From NCBI GenBank assembly GCA_964651705.1, contig CAZYWZ010000016.1, positions 967-64,966 of the forward strand: 64,000 nucleotides of DNA, written 5' to 3'. The translations under genes and the position numbers were made by a program. Origin of the DNA: an uncultured Verrucomicrobiales bacterium. Its GTDB lineage: Bacteria; Verrucomicrobiota; Verrucomicrobiia; JADLBR01. Under the pieces are notes generated by a model that ran no database searches, was not told the origin of the DNA, and was given only the letters and a program-made list of their open reading frames with translations. Positions 44,360-53,858 of this stretch are shown one piece after another; position 1 is the first letter of the stretch; every line of letters starts with the position of its first letter.

Positions 44360-45858
44360 GGTACGCGCCGGCAATCCTCGCCGCCCTGCTGCTGGCGCCG
44401 TCGGCAAGGCTTCGCGCCGCAGGGACGCCGAAGCCCGCGACGAAAGCGAGCATCGTTTACATCCTCTGCGATGACCTGGGCTACGGCGATGTGCGGTGCC
44501 TGAACCCGGGGCGCGGCAAGATCGGGACGCCGCACATCGACAGGCTCGCCTCGCAAGGCATGGCGTTCACCGACGCGCACAGCGGGTCTTCGGTCTGCAC
44601 GCCCACGCGCTACGGCCTGCTCACGGGCCGCTACGCGTGGCGCACTCGGCTCCAGCAAGGCGTCTTGGATGGCGGCAACGACGAGCCCCTTATCGCGGCC
44701 GACCGGCTGACGGTGGCGGGCTTCCTCAGGCAGCACGGCTATGCCACGGCCTGCATCGGCAAGTGGCACCTCGGTTTCCAATCGGACGCGCCCACTGGCA
44801 AAGGGGGCGCCGGGAAAGATCTCGGGCGGGCCGGGCTGCCGGTGGGCGCCAGGATCATAGGCGGGCCAACGACGCGCGGATTCGATCTTTTCTTCGGGTG
44901 CTCGAACGCGCGCACGATGTCGTCGCTCATCGAGAACGACCGGGTCATCGAGTCCATCCCGACCATCGACATGCTGCCGCGCCTCGCCCGCCGCGCGGCG
45001 GGCTACATCGGCGAGCGGGCCGGCCCCGCGAGATCCGGCAAGCCCTTCTTCCTATACCTGCCGCTGACCTCGCCGCACACGCCCATCGTTCCGTCGGCCG
45101 AGTGGCAGGGGAAGAGCGGCCTGGGGGCCTACGGGGACTTCGTCATGCAGACCGACGGGGTCGTCGGCGACGTGCTCGCCGCGCTCGATGCGGAAGGGTT
45201 GACGCAAGACACGCTCGTCATTTTCACCTCCGACAACGGATGCTCGCCGCAGGCGCAGGTGGACAAGCTCGAGGCGCGGGGGCATTTCCCCAGCGCGCAA
45301 TTTCGCGGCTACAAGGCGGACATCTGGGAGGGCGGGCATCGCGTGCCGTTTCTTGTGCGCTGGCCTGGCAGGGTGGAGGCGAACTCGCGGTGCGAGCAAC
45401 CGGTCTGTCTCGGAGACTTCCTCGCGACGTGCGCCGACATTCTCGGCGAGCGGCTGCCGGACAACGCCGGCGAAGACAGCGTGAGCCTGCTGCCCGCGCT
45501 GCTCGGCAGGGACGCCGCGCCGCTCCACGAGGCGGTGGTGCACCACAGCATCAACGGGCGCTTCGCCATCCGGCAGGGCCCGTGGAAACTCGCCGTGTGC
45601 CCCGGCAGCGGGGGCTGGGGAAAACCCCGCGACGCCGACGCGGAGAAGCGGGGCCTGCCGGCCGTGCAGCTCTACGACCTAGGCGCCGACATCGCGGAGT
45701 CAAAGAACCTGCGGGCGGAGCACCCCGATATCGTCGGGCGCCTCGCCCGGTTGCTCGATCAGTACATCGCCGATGGCCGCAGCACGCCGGGCCCCATGCA
45801 GGCCAACGACGTGCCCGTCACCGTGGACAAGACCTCCCGGAAGAGGGCGAAGAAATGA
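44356..45858 (+). CDS. Secreted Cys-type sulfatase (paralogue of 16174-17805)
   Basis: ATGA overlap with the upstream stop. Motifs: SIVYILCDDLGYGDVRCLNP, CTPTRYGLLTGRYAWRT, GKWHLGF, FTSDNGCSP, WEGGHRVPFLVRWPG. Confidence 0.9.
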   Translation: MRYAPAILAALLLAPSARLRAAGTPKPATKASIVYILCDDLGYGDVRCLNPGRGKIGTPHIDRLASQGMAFTDAHSGSSVCTPTRYGLLTGRYAWRTRLQQGVLDGGNDEPLIAADRLTVAGFLRQHGYATACIGKWHLGFQSDAPTGKGGAGKDLGRAGLPVGARIIGGPTTRGFDLFFGCSNARTMSSLIENDRVIESIPTIDMLPRLARRAAGYIGERAGPARSGKPFFLYLPLTSPHTPIVPSAEWQGKSGLGAYGDFVMQTDGVVGDVLAALDAEGLTQDTLVIFTSDNGCSPQAQVDKLEARGHFPSAQFRGYKADIWEGGHRVPFLVRWPGRVEANSRCEQPVCLGDFLATCADILGERLPDNAGEDSVSLLPALLGRDAAPLHEAVVHHSINGRFAIRQGPWKLAVCPGSGGWGKPRDADAEKRGLPAVQLYDLGADIAESKNLRAEHPDIVGRLARLLDQYIADGRSTPGPMQANDVPVTVDKTSRKRAKK

Positions 45859-45880
45859 ACCGGGGACCCCTTCCGCGCCC

Positions 45881-47233
45881 ATGAAAGTCGCTCTCGCGCA
45901 AATCATCGCCCTGCTCCTCGCGCCGTTACCCGTGCCGGCTGGCTCGCCCGGCGCGGGCATCCCGTCTCTGGCGCTCTGCGGTCCGGATGGCTCGCGGCGA
46001 ACGCTCGATGCGATCGGCGAACTTCCCGAGGCGCTGGCGGGGGTGGCCGGCGACGGCGACATCCGCGTCGTGGTGGCTGGCCGCCATGAGCTGCGCGAGG
46101 CGTTGCATCTTAGTGTGCGGGTGACGCAACGCCTGATCCTGGAGGGTGGGCCCGAAGAGGCCGTGCTCGAGCTGGGGGCGTTGCCCATGGAGAGCGCCGC
46201 GGTCTGCCTGGAGGGCGGCTCGTTCGAGTTGCGCGGGCTTGCGCTGCATCAGGGGCCCGCGTGGAGCGTGCAGGTCTCCGGGGGGGTCTGTTACCAGCTC
46301 CGCGGACTGCGGATTCGCGATGCGCGCGGGGGAGGCATCGTGGTCTGGGGGCCGTGCGGCGTGGATCAGGCGGGCCCGCCGGGCAACCGCATCGAGGGCT
46401 GCGTGATCGGTCGCTTTAACACCGCCGGGGCGAAATGGACCCACGATGGGATCTCAGTCCGCGACAACGGGGCCGTCATCGCCCGGAACATCATTCGCGA
46501 TTCCCCCACCGAGACCATGGGCATCCGGGTGATGGGCGCGGGCAATCGCATCGAGGGCAACCTCGTGGAACATGTTGCCACGGGCGACGCCGGTGGCATC
46601 TACCTCTGGGCGGGGGAGGCCATCTACACCGCCGTCGGCAACGTCGTGAGCAATAACATTGTCGCCGGCGCCTCCCGTGGCATCTACCTCGATGACGGCA
46701 CCTGCGCGGCGCGGGTGGAGGCAAATTGCCTCGTGGATTGCCGCGAGGCGGCGGTTTTCATCGGCGGCGGGCGGGACAACCGCGCCGATCGGAATGTCGC
46801 CCTGCGCTGCCCGATCCTCGCGCATGTCGACAACCGCCGCGTCGGCTGGCGCGACCTGCCCGAGAAGGCGGCCATGTTTTCCGCCGCGCGCACCCGCCTC
46901 GCCGATGCCCTGCGGGATCCCGCGGTTCGCGCGCGGGTAGCCGAAGGCGGGCTCGACGTGCGGGCATTCGAGACCCTCGATGAGCCGGGCTTCAACGAGC
47001 CCGCCGGCAACCGTGTCACCCGCAACATCCTCATGCCGCCCGCGCTGGAAATCCGCTGGCAGAATTACGCGCGGCCCGACCAGCCCCTCAGGGGGGCGGC
47101 CACCGATCCGGATCGGCCCAACCGCATGGCCCCCGCGCCCGACGGCGACTGGAGAAAACTCTCCCTCCTCGCCCCCGAGATGGCTAGTATACCAGCGGTC
47201 ACCGATATTCTAAAGGCCTTGCCCAAGCCATGA
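45881..47233 (+). CDS. Right-handed parallel beta-helix repeat protein
   Basis: ATG 45881 gives MKVALAQIIALLLAPLPVPAGS. PbH1-like repeats: NRIEGCVIGRF, VIARNIIRDSPTETMGIRVMGAGNRIEGNLVEHV, VVSNNIVAGASRGIYLDDGTCAARVEANCLVDCREAAVFIGGGRDNRADRNV. Confidence 0.65.
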   Translation: MKVALAQIIALLLAPLPVPAGSPGAGIPSLALCGPDGSRRTLDAIGELPEALAGVAGDGDIRVVVAGRHELREALHLSVRVTQRLILEGGPEEAVLELGALPMESAAVCLEGGSFELRGLALHQGPAWSVQVSGGVCYQLRGLRIRDARGGGIVVWGPCGVDQAGPPGNRIEGCVIGRFNTAGAKWTHDGISVRDNGAVIARNIIRDSPTETMGIRVMGAGNRIEGNLVEHVATGDAGGIYLWAGEAIYTAVGNVVSNNIVAGASRGIYLDDGTCAARVEANCLVDCREAAVFIGGGRDNRADRNVALRCPILAHVDNRRVGWRDLPEKAAMFSAARTRLADALRDPAVRARVAEGGLDVRAFETLDEPGFNEPAGNRVTRNILMPPALEIRWQNYARPDQPLRGAATDPDRPNRMAPAPDGDWRKLSLLAPEMASIPAVTDILKALPKP

Positions 47234-47240
47234 GGCATCT

Positions 47241-48323
47241 ATGAGACCACCGACCTGCATCCTGCTCGCGCCCCTCCTCGTCCTGCTGGCCGGCTCGCCA
47301 GCCGGCCGGGCCGAGGGCTACGACTTCGCGGCGATGATCCGCCCGGTGCCACCGCAGGCGAAGTTCATCGACCCGGATTATTATATATGGTGCGGCACGA
47401 TGGTGCGGGGCGACGACGGCAAGTGCCATCTGTTCTATTCGCGCTGGCCGAGGGCATTGGGCCACAATGCGTGGGTGACGCACTCGGAGGTCGCCCATGC
47501 CGTGGGCGACACGCCGCTGGGGACATTCACGCACAAGGACGTGGCGCTCCCGGAGCGCGGGAAGGAATTCTGGGATGGGCACTGCACGCACAACCCGACC
47601 GTGCTGCGCTTCGGGGACAAGTTCTACATCTACTACATGGGCAACGTCGGCGACCGGGAGCGGACCGAGGGCCTGAACTGGGTCCATCGCAACCACCAGC
47701 GCATCGGCGTGGCGGTGGCGGATTCGCCGGATGGGCCGTGGAAGCGCTCTGACAAACCGCTCCTTGAGCCGACGCCGGGGTTCTACGACGCGCTCTGTTG
47801 CAACAACCCCAGCGTGGCCGCGCGGCCGGGCGGCGGCTACCTCATGGTGTACAAGGCCGTCGGCGACAAGGGCAAGCCGCCCTTCGGCGGGCCGGTGCTG
47901 CACTGCGTGGCAACGAGCGATAGCCCGACCGGGCCATTTAAAAAACACCCGAACCCGATCTTCGTCAAAGAGGGCGTGCCTTTTGCCGCGGAGGACCCCT
48001 TCATCTGGAGCGACGGCCAGGGCTACTGGGCCATCGTGAAGGACAACGCCGGTTACTTCACCGGCGCGGGCAAATCCACCGCCCTCTGGCGATCCGACGA
48101 TGGCCTCGATTGGAAGTTGGCGGAGCACCCGCTGGTCGCGACGACGGAGATCGTCTGGGAGGGCGGGGAAAGGCAGAAATTGAATTCGCTCGAGCGCCCG
48201 CAGCTGTTCTTCGAGGACGGCCGGCCCACCGTGCTGCTATATGCGTCGGACGTCGATCGAGCCCGCGGACATTCGTTCAACGTGCGGATCCCGCTCCGCG
48301 ATTGGAAAGGAGACCGCCCATGA
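47241..48323 (+). CDS. Five-bladed beta-propeller glycoside-hydrolase-like protein (GH43/GH117-like), paralogue of 19004-20101
   Basis: Signal peptide MRPPTCILLAPLLVLLAGSPAGRA. Blocks GKCHLFYSRW, FWDGHCTHN, DKFYIYYMG, QRIGVAVADSPDGPWKR, YWAIVKDN, SDDGLDW, LERPQLFFEDGRP. Confidence 0.6.
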   Translation: MRPPTCILLAPLLVLLAGSPAGRAEGYDFAAMIRPVPPQAKFIDPDYYIWCGTMVRGDDGKCHLFYSRWPRALGHNAWVTHSEVAHAVGDTPLGTFTHKDVALPERGKEFWDGHCTHNPTVLRFGDKFYIYYMGNVGDRERTEGLNWVHRNHQRIGVAVADSPDGPWKRSDKPLLEPTPGFYDALCCNNPSVAARPGGGYLMVYKAVGDKGKPPFGGPVLHCVATSDSPTGPFKKHPNPIFVKEGVPFAAEDPFIWSDGQGYWAIVKDNAGYFTGAGKSTALWRSDDGLDWKLAEHPLVATTEIVWEGGERQKLNSLERPQLFFEDGRPTVLLYASDVDRARGHSFNVRIPLRDWKGDRP

Positions 48324-49465
48324 GGCATATCATCGCGCTGGCCATCCTCTGGGTCGGGGGGCCGTGTGCCGCCATTGCCGCCAACGGTTCTGCACCCCCG
48401 GCGGAGGTGGGACCGGTGCCGGCCGGGCGCGCCGCGTGGCTCCGCGCCGCGAAGTGGGGCGTCTTCTTCCACTATCTGGCCTCGCCCGCGTCATCGAAAG
48501 AGACGGTGGGCATGGATGAGGACCAGTGGAACCGGCGCATCGATGCCTTCGACGTCGAAGGGTTGGCGGGGCAGTTGGAGGCCGTGGGCGCCGGCTATTT
48601 CTTCATCACGCTGGGCCAGAACAGCGGTTACTATCTCTCGCCGAACGCGACCTACGATCGGCTCGTCGGGCACCAGCCGAGCCGCTGCTCGCGGCGCGAC
48701 CTGGTTGCGGATATCGCCGCCGCGCTCAAGCCGCGAGGCATCCGGACGATGGTCTATTTCACCTCTATGGCGCCGGCCCACGATCGGCAGGCCATCGAGC
48801 GCTTGCGCTGCACGCCGCCGTGGGATCCCAAGCGGGTGGGGTTCAAACCCGACAGCTTCGCGCCGCAGCCCGGCGTCGATGATCGCCTGACCGATTTTCA
48901 GCGCCATTGGGAGGCGGTGATCCGCGAGTGGTCCGGGCGCTGGGGCAAGGACGTGCACGGCTGGTGGATCGATGGCGCGTATAACGCGGACGCCATGTAT
49001 CGCCACAAGGACCGGCCGAATTTCGAGAGTTTCGCCGACGCGATGCGGGCCGGTAACCCCGGGGCGATCGTATGTTTCAACCCCGGTGTCAAAGTGCCGA
49101 TCATCAAACATGCGCCCCGCGAGGATTACACCGCGGGAGAGATCGCCGACGCTTTTCCGATCGGGGTGAATGCGGGAAACTGGGCCAAGCCGGTCGGTGG
49201 CACCATCGGTGGCGCGCAGTATCACATCCTCACTTTCCTCGGCGAGTATTGGGGCCGCGGGACGCCGCGCCTCAACGAGGAGTTGCTCATCGGTTACACG
49301 AAATACATCAATGATCGCGATGGGGTGATCACATGGGACGTGCCGCCGACGGACAAGGGGCTTATCCCGGACGAGTTCTTTCGGCTGCTGCTGGCGCTGA
49401 AGGAGGCGACGCGGGACGGCAAGGGCGTCCGCGTGGGCGGGAGCCAACCCAAGGAGGCAAAATGA
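48320..49465 (+). CDS. Secreted hypothetical protein, divergent GH29-like / alpha-L-fucosidase-superfamily TIM barrel
   Basis: ATGA overlap with the upstream stop, with SD ggaaaggaga. Signal peptide MRHIIALAILWVGGPCAAIAA. AKWGVFFHYL, GAGYFFITLGQNSGYY, IRTMVYFTS and HGWWIDGAY mimic the spacing of the GH29 blocks, but the canonical HHDGF motif is absent. Confidence 0.4.
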   Translation: MRHIIALAILWVGGPCAAIAANGSAPPAEVGPVPAGRAAWLRAAKWGVFFHYLASPASSKETVGMDEDQWNRRIDAFDVEGLAGQLEAVGAGYFFITLGQNSGYYLSPNATYDRLVGHQPSRCSRRDLVADIAAALKPRGIRTMVYFTSMAPAHDRQAIERLRCTPPWDPKRVGFKPDSFAPQPGVDDRLTDFQRHWEAVIREWSGRWGKDVHGWWIDGAYNADAMYRHKDRPNFESFADAMRAGNPGAIVCFNPGVKVPIIKHAPREDYTAGEIADAFPIGVNAGNWAKPVGGTIGGAQYHILTFLGEYWGRGTPRLNEELLIGYTKYINDRDGVITWDVPPTDKGLIPDEFFRLLLALKEATRDGKGVRVGGSQPKEAK

Positions 49466-51654
49466 GATCACGGATCGTCGCCGCACTGCTCCTGACCCCG
49501 ATGGCCGCGCTACGCGCTGATGACTTTCATGTCGCTCCCGAGGGAAGCGATGGCAATCCCGGCACCCGGGACAAACCTTTCGCCACGCTGGCGAGCGCCC
49601 GAGATGCGATCCGGGGGGTGCGCGCCGCCAAACCGCAGGAGTCCTGCCGGATCATACTGCACGCCGGCACGCATCGCGTCGCGCGGACTGTCACCTTCGA
49701 CCTGCGGGATGGCGCGGACGGTGATGCCGCCACGGAAATCGTCGCCGCACCCAACGCGAGGCCCATCCTGAGTGGCGCCGCGCCGCTCCCGGGCGGGTGG
49801 AAGCCCGCGCCGCGAGATTTGGCCCGGCTGCCAGACAAGGCGCGCGGGAATGTCTGGATGGCCGAGGTACCGAAGGATTGGCCGGTCTTCCGGACGCTCT
49901 TTCAGGGCGAAGCTTTGCTCCCTCGGGCGCGCACGCGGGGGTTCCAGCAATTGAAGGAAGCGCCGGCGGGCGGGCCGTCGATCGACCAGCGGCATATATA
50001 TTTACCTGAGGAGGCCGTGCGGGGCATTGCGGACTTCACGGGGGCGGAGATGGTGGTGGTGCCGATCCACCCCTGGACCATGAACATCTTGCCGATGACC
50101 GAGGTGAACCGCGCCACGGGCCTGGTTCGCACCGCGGTGCCCGCGACCTATCCGTTGGGGCCGCCCAACTTCGCCCGGTTTCCCGGGGGCTCGGTCTGGA
50201 TCGAAAACGTCCTCGAGGCGCTCGATGCGCCCGGGGAGTGGGTCTTGGACACCGGGGCCAGCAAGCTCTACCTCTGGCCGCGGGACGGGAAGCGGCCCGG
50301 TGACGATGCCGTCGCGCCCCGGCTGACCGAACTGATCCGCGTCGAGGGGAAAATCGATTATGAGGGACCGAGCGACACGCCCGTGCGCGGCCTGGTTTTC
50401 CGCGGCCTGACCTTCTCGCAGTGCGATCGCTGGCCGTGGGAGGCAGAAAAGACCGGTTGGGGACTGCAGCACGATTGGGAGATGTTCGACCGCCCGACGG
50501 CGATGCTGCGCTTCCGCGGCGCAGAGTCCTGCCGTGTGGAGGATTGCCGCTTCGTCTCCAGCGGCTCGGCCGGCGTTCGGCTGGACCTGCATTGCCAGAA
50601 GATCGCCATCGTCGGTTGCGAGTTGGCCGAACTCGGCGGCGCGGGCGTCCTGCTGGCGGGATACGGGATGGGCACCAAGGACGTCAACCGGGACAACGCG
50701 GTTAGCGATTGCCACGTGCATCACGTCGGGCGCCTCCTGTGGCACTCCGCCGGGATTTGGGCCTGGCAGAGCGGGCACAACCGCATCGAGCACAATCATG
50801 TCCACCACACCCCGTACACCGGGATCCTCGCCACCGGGCGAACGATCCTCGACCGCAAGGGAAATGCCGAATGCAGCCGCACCGTCCGCTGGGCCGAGGT
50901 CGATCCGGTGCTCGGGAAGGAACCCCCGACCTGGCAGCGCCGCGAGCCGCTCATGCACGCGCGGGGAAACCTCATCGCGCACAATGACCTGCACCACTGC
51001 ATGGAGATCATGGGCGACGGGAACGCGATCTACGTCTCGGGCGCCGGAGGCGGGAACAGGGTCGTGAATAATTTCATCCATGACATCCCCTCCGGCAACA
51101 TCAACGCCAGCATCCGCTGCGATGACGACCAGGACGGGACGATCATCGAGAATAACATCATCACCCGCGTCTGCGGTGAGGGATTCATCTGGAAAGGAAA
51201 CAATACCCTCCGGAATAACATCGTGTACGACATCCGCGCCACGACGCCCGACGGGGAACCCACCGTCCACCAGCGCGGCTATCTCGTGATGCCCTCCACG
51301 CCCGTGGACGGCTCCTTCGTCCAGCGGAACATCATCGTCTCGCGCACGGCGGGCCAGGCGCTGCTGTACGAGCGCGCGAAGCCGTCGCCCAAGAAGGCAC
51401 AGCTGCGGGAGCCCGCGGTGCTCCGGTCCTGCGCGGCCGATCACAACCTCTATTTCAACAGCGCCGAGCCCGGGTGGGGACAACGCCACATCGACGCCCA
51501 GCGCGCCTTCGGCATCGAACGGCACAGCATCGAGGCCGACCCCAAATTCCATGACCCCGCCAAGGACGATTTTGGCCTCGCGCCCGACTCTCCCGCGCTC
51601 AAACTCGGCTTTGGGCCCATCGACATTTCAGCCGTCGGCCCCCGGGACCGATGA
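49462..51654 (+). CDS. Right-handed parallel beta-helix repeat protein, GH141-like candidate
   Basis: ATGA overlap with the upstream stop, with SD aaggagg. MRSRIVAALLLTPMAALRADDFHVAPEGSDGNPGTRDKPFATLASARDAIR. Repeats: NRIEHNHVHHTPYTGI, NLIAHNDLHHCMEIMGDGNAIYVSGAGGGNRVVNNFIHDIPS, TIIENNIITRV. Tail: DPKFHDPAKDDFGLAPDSPALKLGF. Confidence 0.7.
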   Translation: MRSRIVAALLLTPMAALRADDFHVAPEGSDGNPGTRDKPFATLASARDAIRGVRAAKPQESCRIILHAGTHRVARTVTFDLRDGADGDAATEIVAAPNARPILSGAAPLPGGWKPAPRDLARLPDKARGNVWMAEVPKDWPVFRTLFQGEALLPRARTRGFQQLKEAPAGGPSIDQRHIYLPEEAVRGIADFTGAEMVVVPIHPWTMNILPMTEVNRATGLVRTAVPATYPLGPPNFARFPGGSVWIENVLEALDAPGEWVLDTGASKLYLWPRDGKRPGDDAVAPRLTELIRVEGKIDYEGPSDTPVRGLVFRGLTFSQCDRWPWEAEKTGWGLQHDWEMFDRPTAMLRFRGAESCRVEDCRFVSSGSAGVRLDLHCQKIAIVGCELAELGGAGVLLAGYGMGTKDVNRDNAVSDCHVHHVGRLLWHSAGIWAWQSGHNRIEHNHVHHTPYTGILATGRTILDRKGNAECSRTVRWAEVDPVLGKEPPTWQRREPLMHARGNLIAHNDLHHCMEIMGDGNAIYVSGAGGGNRVVNNFIHDIPSGNINASIRCDDDQDGTIIENNIITRVCGEGFIWKGNNTLRNNIVYDIRATTPDGEPTVHQRGYLVMPSTPVDGSFVQRNIIVSRTAGQALLYERAKPSPKKAQLREPAVLRSCAADHNLYFNSAEPGWGQRHIDAQRAFGIERHSIEADPKFHDPAKDDFGLAPDSPALKLGFGPIDISAVGPRDR

Positions 51655-51685
51655 GCCAGAAAAGAAGGAATCCAGGAATATCACC

Positions 51686-53107
51686 ATGACAAAGACATTA
51701 GCCATTATTGCGACGCTGCTGATGGCGCCATGGGCCGCGTCGGATGCCGCAGCGAGGGGCTCCAGTAGGCCAAACATCCTCCATATACACACCGACGACC
51801 ACCGCCCGGACGGCCTGCGCGCCCTTGGCAACCCGTTGCTCCAGACACCGAATCTGGACACCCTCGTCGATCGCGGCATGACTTTCACCCATTGCTACAC
51901 GATGGGCTCGATGATCGGGGCGGTTTGCACCCCGAGTCGCACGATGATGCTGACGGGGCGCTCCTGGCAGCGGATTCCCGGGGCGCCGGCCGCGGCGCCG
52001 AACGCCGCCGATCCCGCGACATTCCTGCCGCGGGTCATCGCGGCCGCGGGCTACCAGACTTGGCACATGGGCAAGAAGGGCAACGGCTTTCCGGCGGGCC
52101 TTCAGGAATTCGAGACGAGCATCATCGATGATGCCCGGGGGGACACCCCCGAGGACGACCGCGCCCACAGCAGCCGTCGGTTGGCCGACCGCGCCATCGG
52201 GTTCTTGAAAGAGCGCTCCGCCAAGGAGGAGCCGCGGCCCTTTTATATATATCTGGCGCCGCCGGTCCCGCATGACCCGCGGACCGCTGAGCCAGAGTTT
52301 CACAAGCTATACGATCCCGCCAAGGTGCCCCTGTCGCCGGCCTTTCTGCCGCAGCACCCGTGGGATAACGGCGAGATGACCGTGCGCGACGAAAAACTCG
52401 CCCCGTGGCCGCGCACGCCCGAGGACACGAAGCGGCAGAACGCCGAATACTATGCGTGCATCACCGGCCTGGACCACCACGTCGGGCGAATCTTTGCCGA
52501 ATTGAAGACCGTCGGGCAGTGGGAGAATACGATCGTCATCTTCAGCGGCGATAACGGCCTGTCCCTCGGCGAACACGGCCTCTTCGGGAAACAGAACTTG
52601 TACGAGTTCGGAGGCATGCACGTGCCGCTGGTCTTCGCCGGTCCCGGCATCTCCAGGGGCAAGAGCGCCGCATTCGTCTACCTCATGGACCTGTTCCCTA
52701 CATTTGCCGACTTCGCAGGGGCGAAGATCCCCGATGGCGTCGAGGGCAAGAGCCTCGTGCCGATCCTCTCCGGAAAGGCGACCAAGGTCCGCGGCGCCCT
52801 GTACACGGGGTATCGCGACTGCCAGCGCGCCATCCGCGACGACCGATGGAAACTCATCCGATACCCCCTGGTGGACCGCACGCAGCTCTTCGACCTCGAC
52901 GCCGACCCGCACGAGTTGAATAACCTCGTCGGTCAGCCCGCACATGCGGCCAAGGTTCGCGAGATGACCGCCCTGCTTGAAAAGGAGATGGCGGCCCACG
53001 CCGATACGCACCCGCTCGTGGTCGCCAGTCCTAAACCCGCCGAATGGACGCCGCCGCCCGGGGGCGAGCCGGCCCCAAAGAAGGCGAAGCGAAAAGGAAA
53101 ACGTTGA
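51686..53107 (+). CDS. Secreted Cys-type sulfatase
   Basis: ATG 51686 gives MTKTLAIIATLLMAPWAASDAAA. Motifs: PNILHIHTDDHR, CTPSRTMMLTGRS, FSGDNGLSLGEHG, RWKLIRYPLVDRTQLFDLDADPHELNNL. Confidence 0.9.
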   Translation: MTKTLAIIATLLMAPWAASDAAARGSSRPNILHIHTDDHRPDGLRALGNPLLQTPNLDTLVDRGMTFTHCYTMGSMIGAVCTPSRTMMLTGRSWQRIPGAPAAAPNAADPATFLPRVIAAAGYQTWHMGKKGNGFPAGLQEFETSIIDDARGDTPEDDRAHSSRRLADRAIGFLKERSAKEEPRPFYIYLAPPVPHDPRTAEPEFHKLYDPAKVPLSPAFLPQHPWDNGEMTVRDEKLAPWPRTPEDTKRQNAEYYACITGLDHHVGRIFAELKTVGQWENTIVIFSGDNGLSLGEHGLFGKQNLYEFGGMHVPLVFAGPGISRGKSAAFVYLMDLFPTFADFAGAKIPDGVEGKSLVPILSGKATKVRGALYTGYRDCQRAIRDDRWKLIRYPLVDRTQLFDLDADPHELNNLVGQPAHAAKVREMTALLEKEMAAHADTHPLVVASPKPAEWTPPPGGEPAPKKAKRKGKR

Positions 53108-53120
53108 CTCATTCCGGGAC

Positions 53121-53318
53121 GTGGCCACGGTCGCCAGACCGCGGGTGCCCGTGCCGGTGACCGACCGGGGGAAGCTGGTGGCGGTGCTCGCGGCCCCGCA
53201 TCTGATGGTGCACCGGCCTCGGCGGCGCACCCTCCTGCCCGAGTATGCCGCGCTCCTTTCCCAGGCGGCGGCGGGCAACGTCCTGGATGATCTCGACGCC
53301 GTCCGCGGCGACCGCTGA
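53121..53318 (+). pseudogene. N-terminally eroded Phd/YefM-like antitoxin remnant (TA module 3)
   Basis: The frame reads ..FRDVATVARPRVPVPVTDRGKLVAVLAAP...NVLDDLDAVRGDR*, a typical antitoxin core and tail. The reading frame runs back into the sulfatase gene with no ATG, and the first possible start is GTG 53121. It ends 2 nt before the PIN fragment. Confidence 0.4.
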
Positions 53319-53320
53319 AC

Positions 53321-53566
53321 ATGATCTTCTGCGACACATCGACCCTGGCCAAGTACTATGTTCCGGAGGCGGGGCCCGCTGGGGTGCGATCGCGCCTCGA
53401 CGGCGAGGACGAGGTCGTTCTGTCGGATCTGGCGCGGGCCGAACTCATGGGCGTGTTTCATCGGCGGTTGCGGGAGGGCAAATGGACCAGGGCCGAATTT
53501 TCGGCCTTCGCGCGACCCGGATCGCGTAGAATGCCAGGGCCAAGAGTCGTGGCCGCCCGAGATTAG
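53321..53566 (+). pseudogene. Truncated PIN-domain (VapC) toxin gene (TA module 3)
   Basis: MIFCDTSTLAKYYVPEAG...VVLSDLARAELMGVFHRRLREGKWTRAEF is a typical VapC N-terminal half with the first Asp and Glu. The product then diverges and stops at 81 aa. The distal acidic residues (the DALHLA-type block) are missing and were not found in any frame downstream. Confidence 0.5.
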
Positions 53567-53858
53567 GGGTCTCGCGCAGGGACGCGGGAAGATTCTTGCC
53601 GGCTGGACGGGGCATTCCCCGACCCCCTACGGCCGCGCATCGATCTCGACCACGGGGGCGCCCCCGGAGACCCTCTGCGCCGCCTTCGGCCCCGCGGAAA
53701 CGCCCGAAGGCGTGACTAAGAGCCTTTTCCTACGCTCGGGAAGATGGAAGATGAAAAATCGGCGATCTGCCATCGTCCATCGGCAATGGGACAGTTCCGT
53801 CTCGACCATGCGTGGGCTGGCCACTACCCTTTGGACCCAGCCTGATAAGGAGAGCGAT

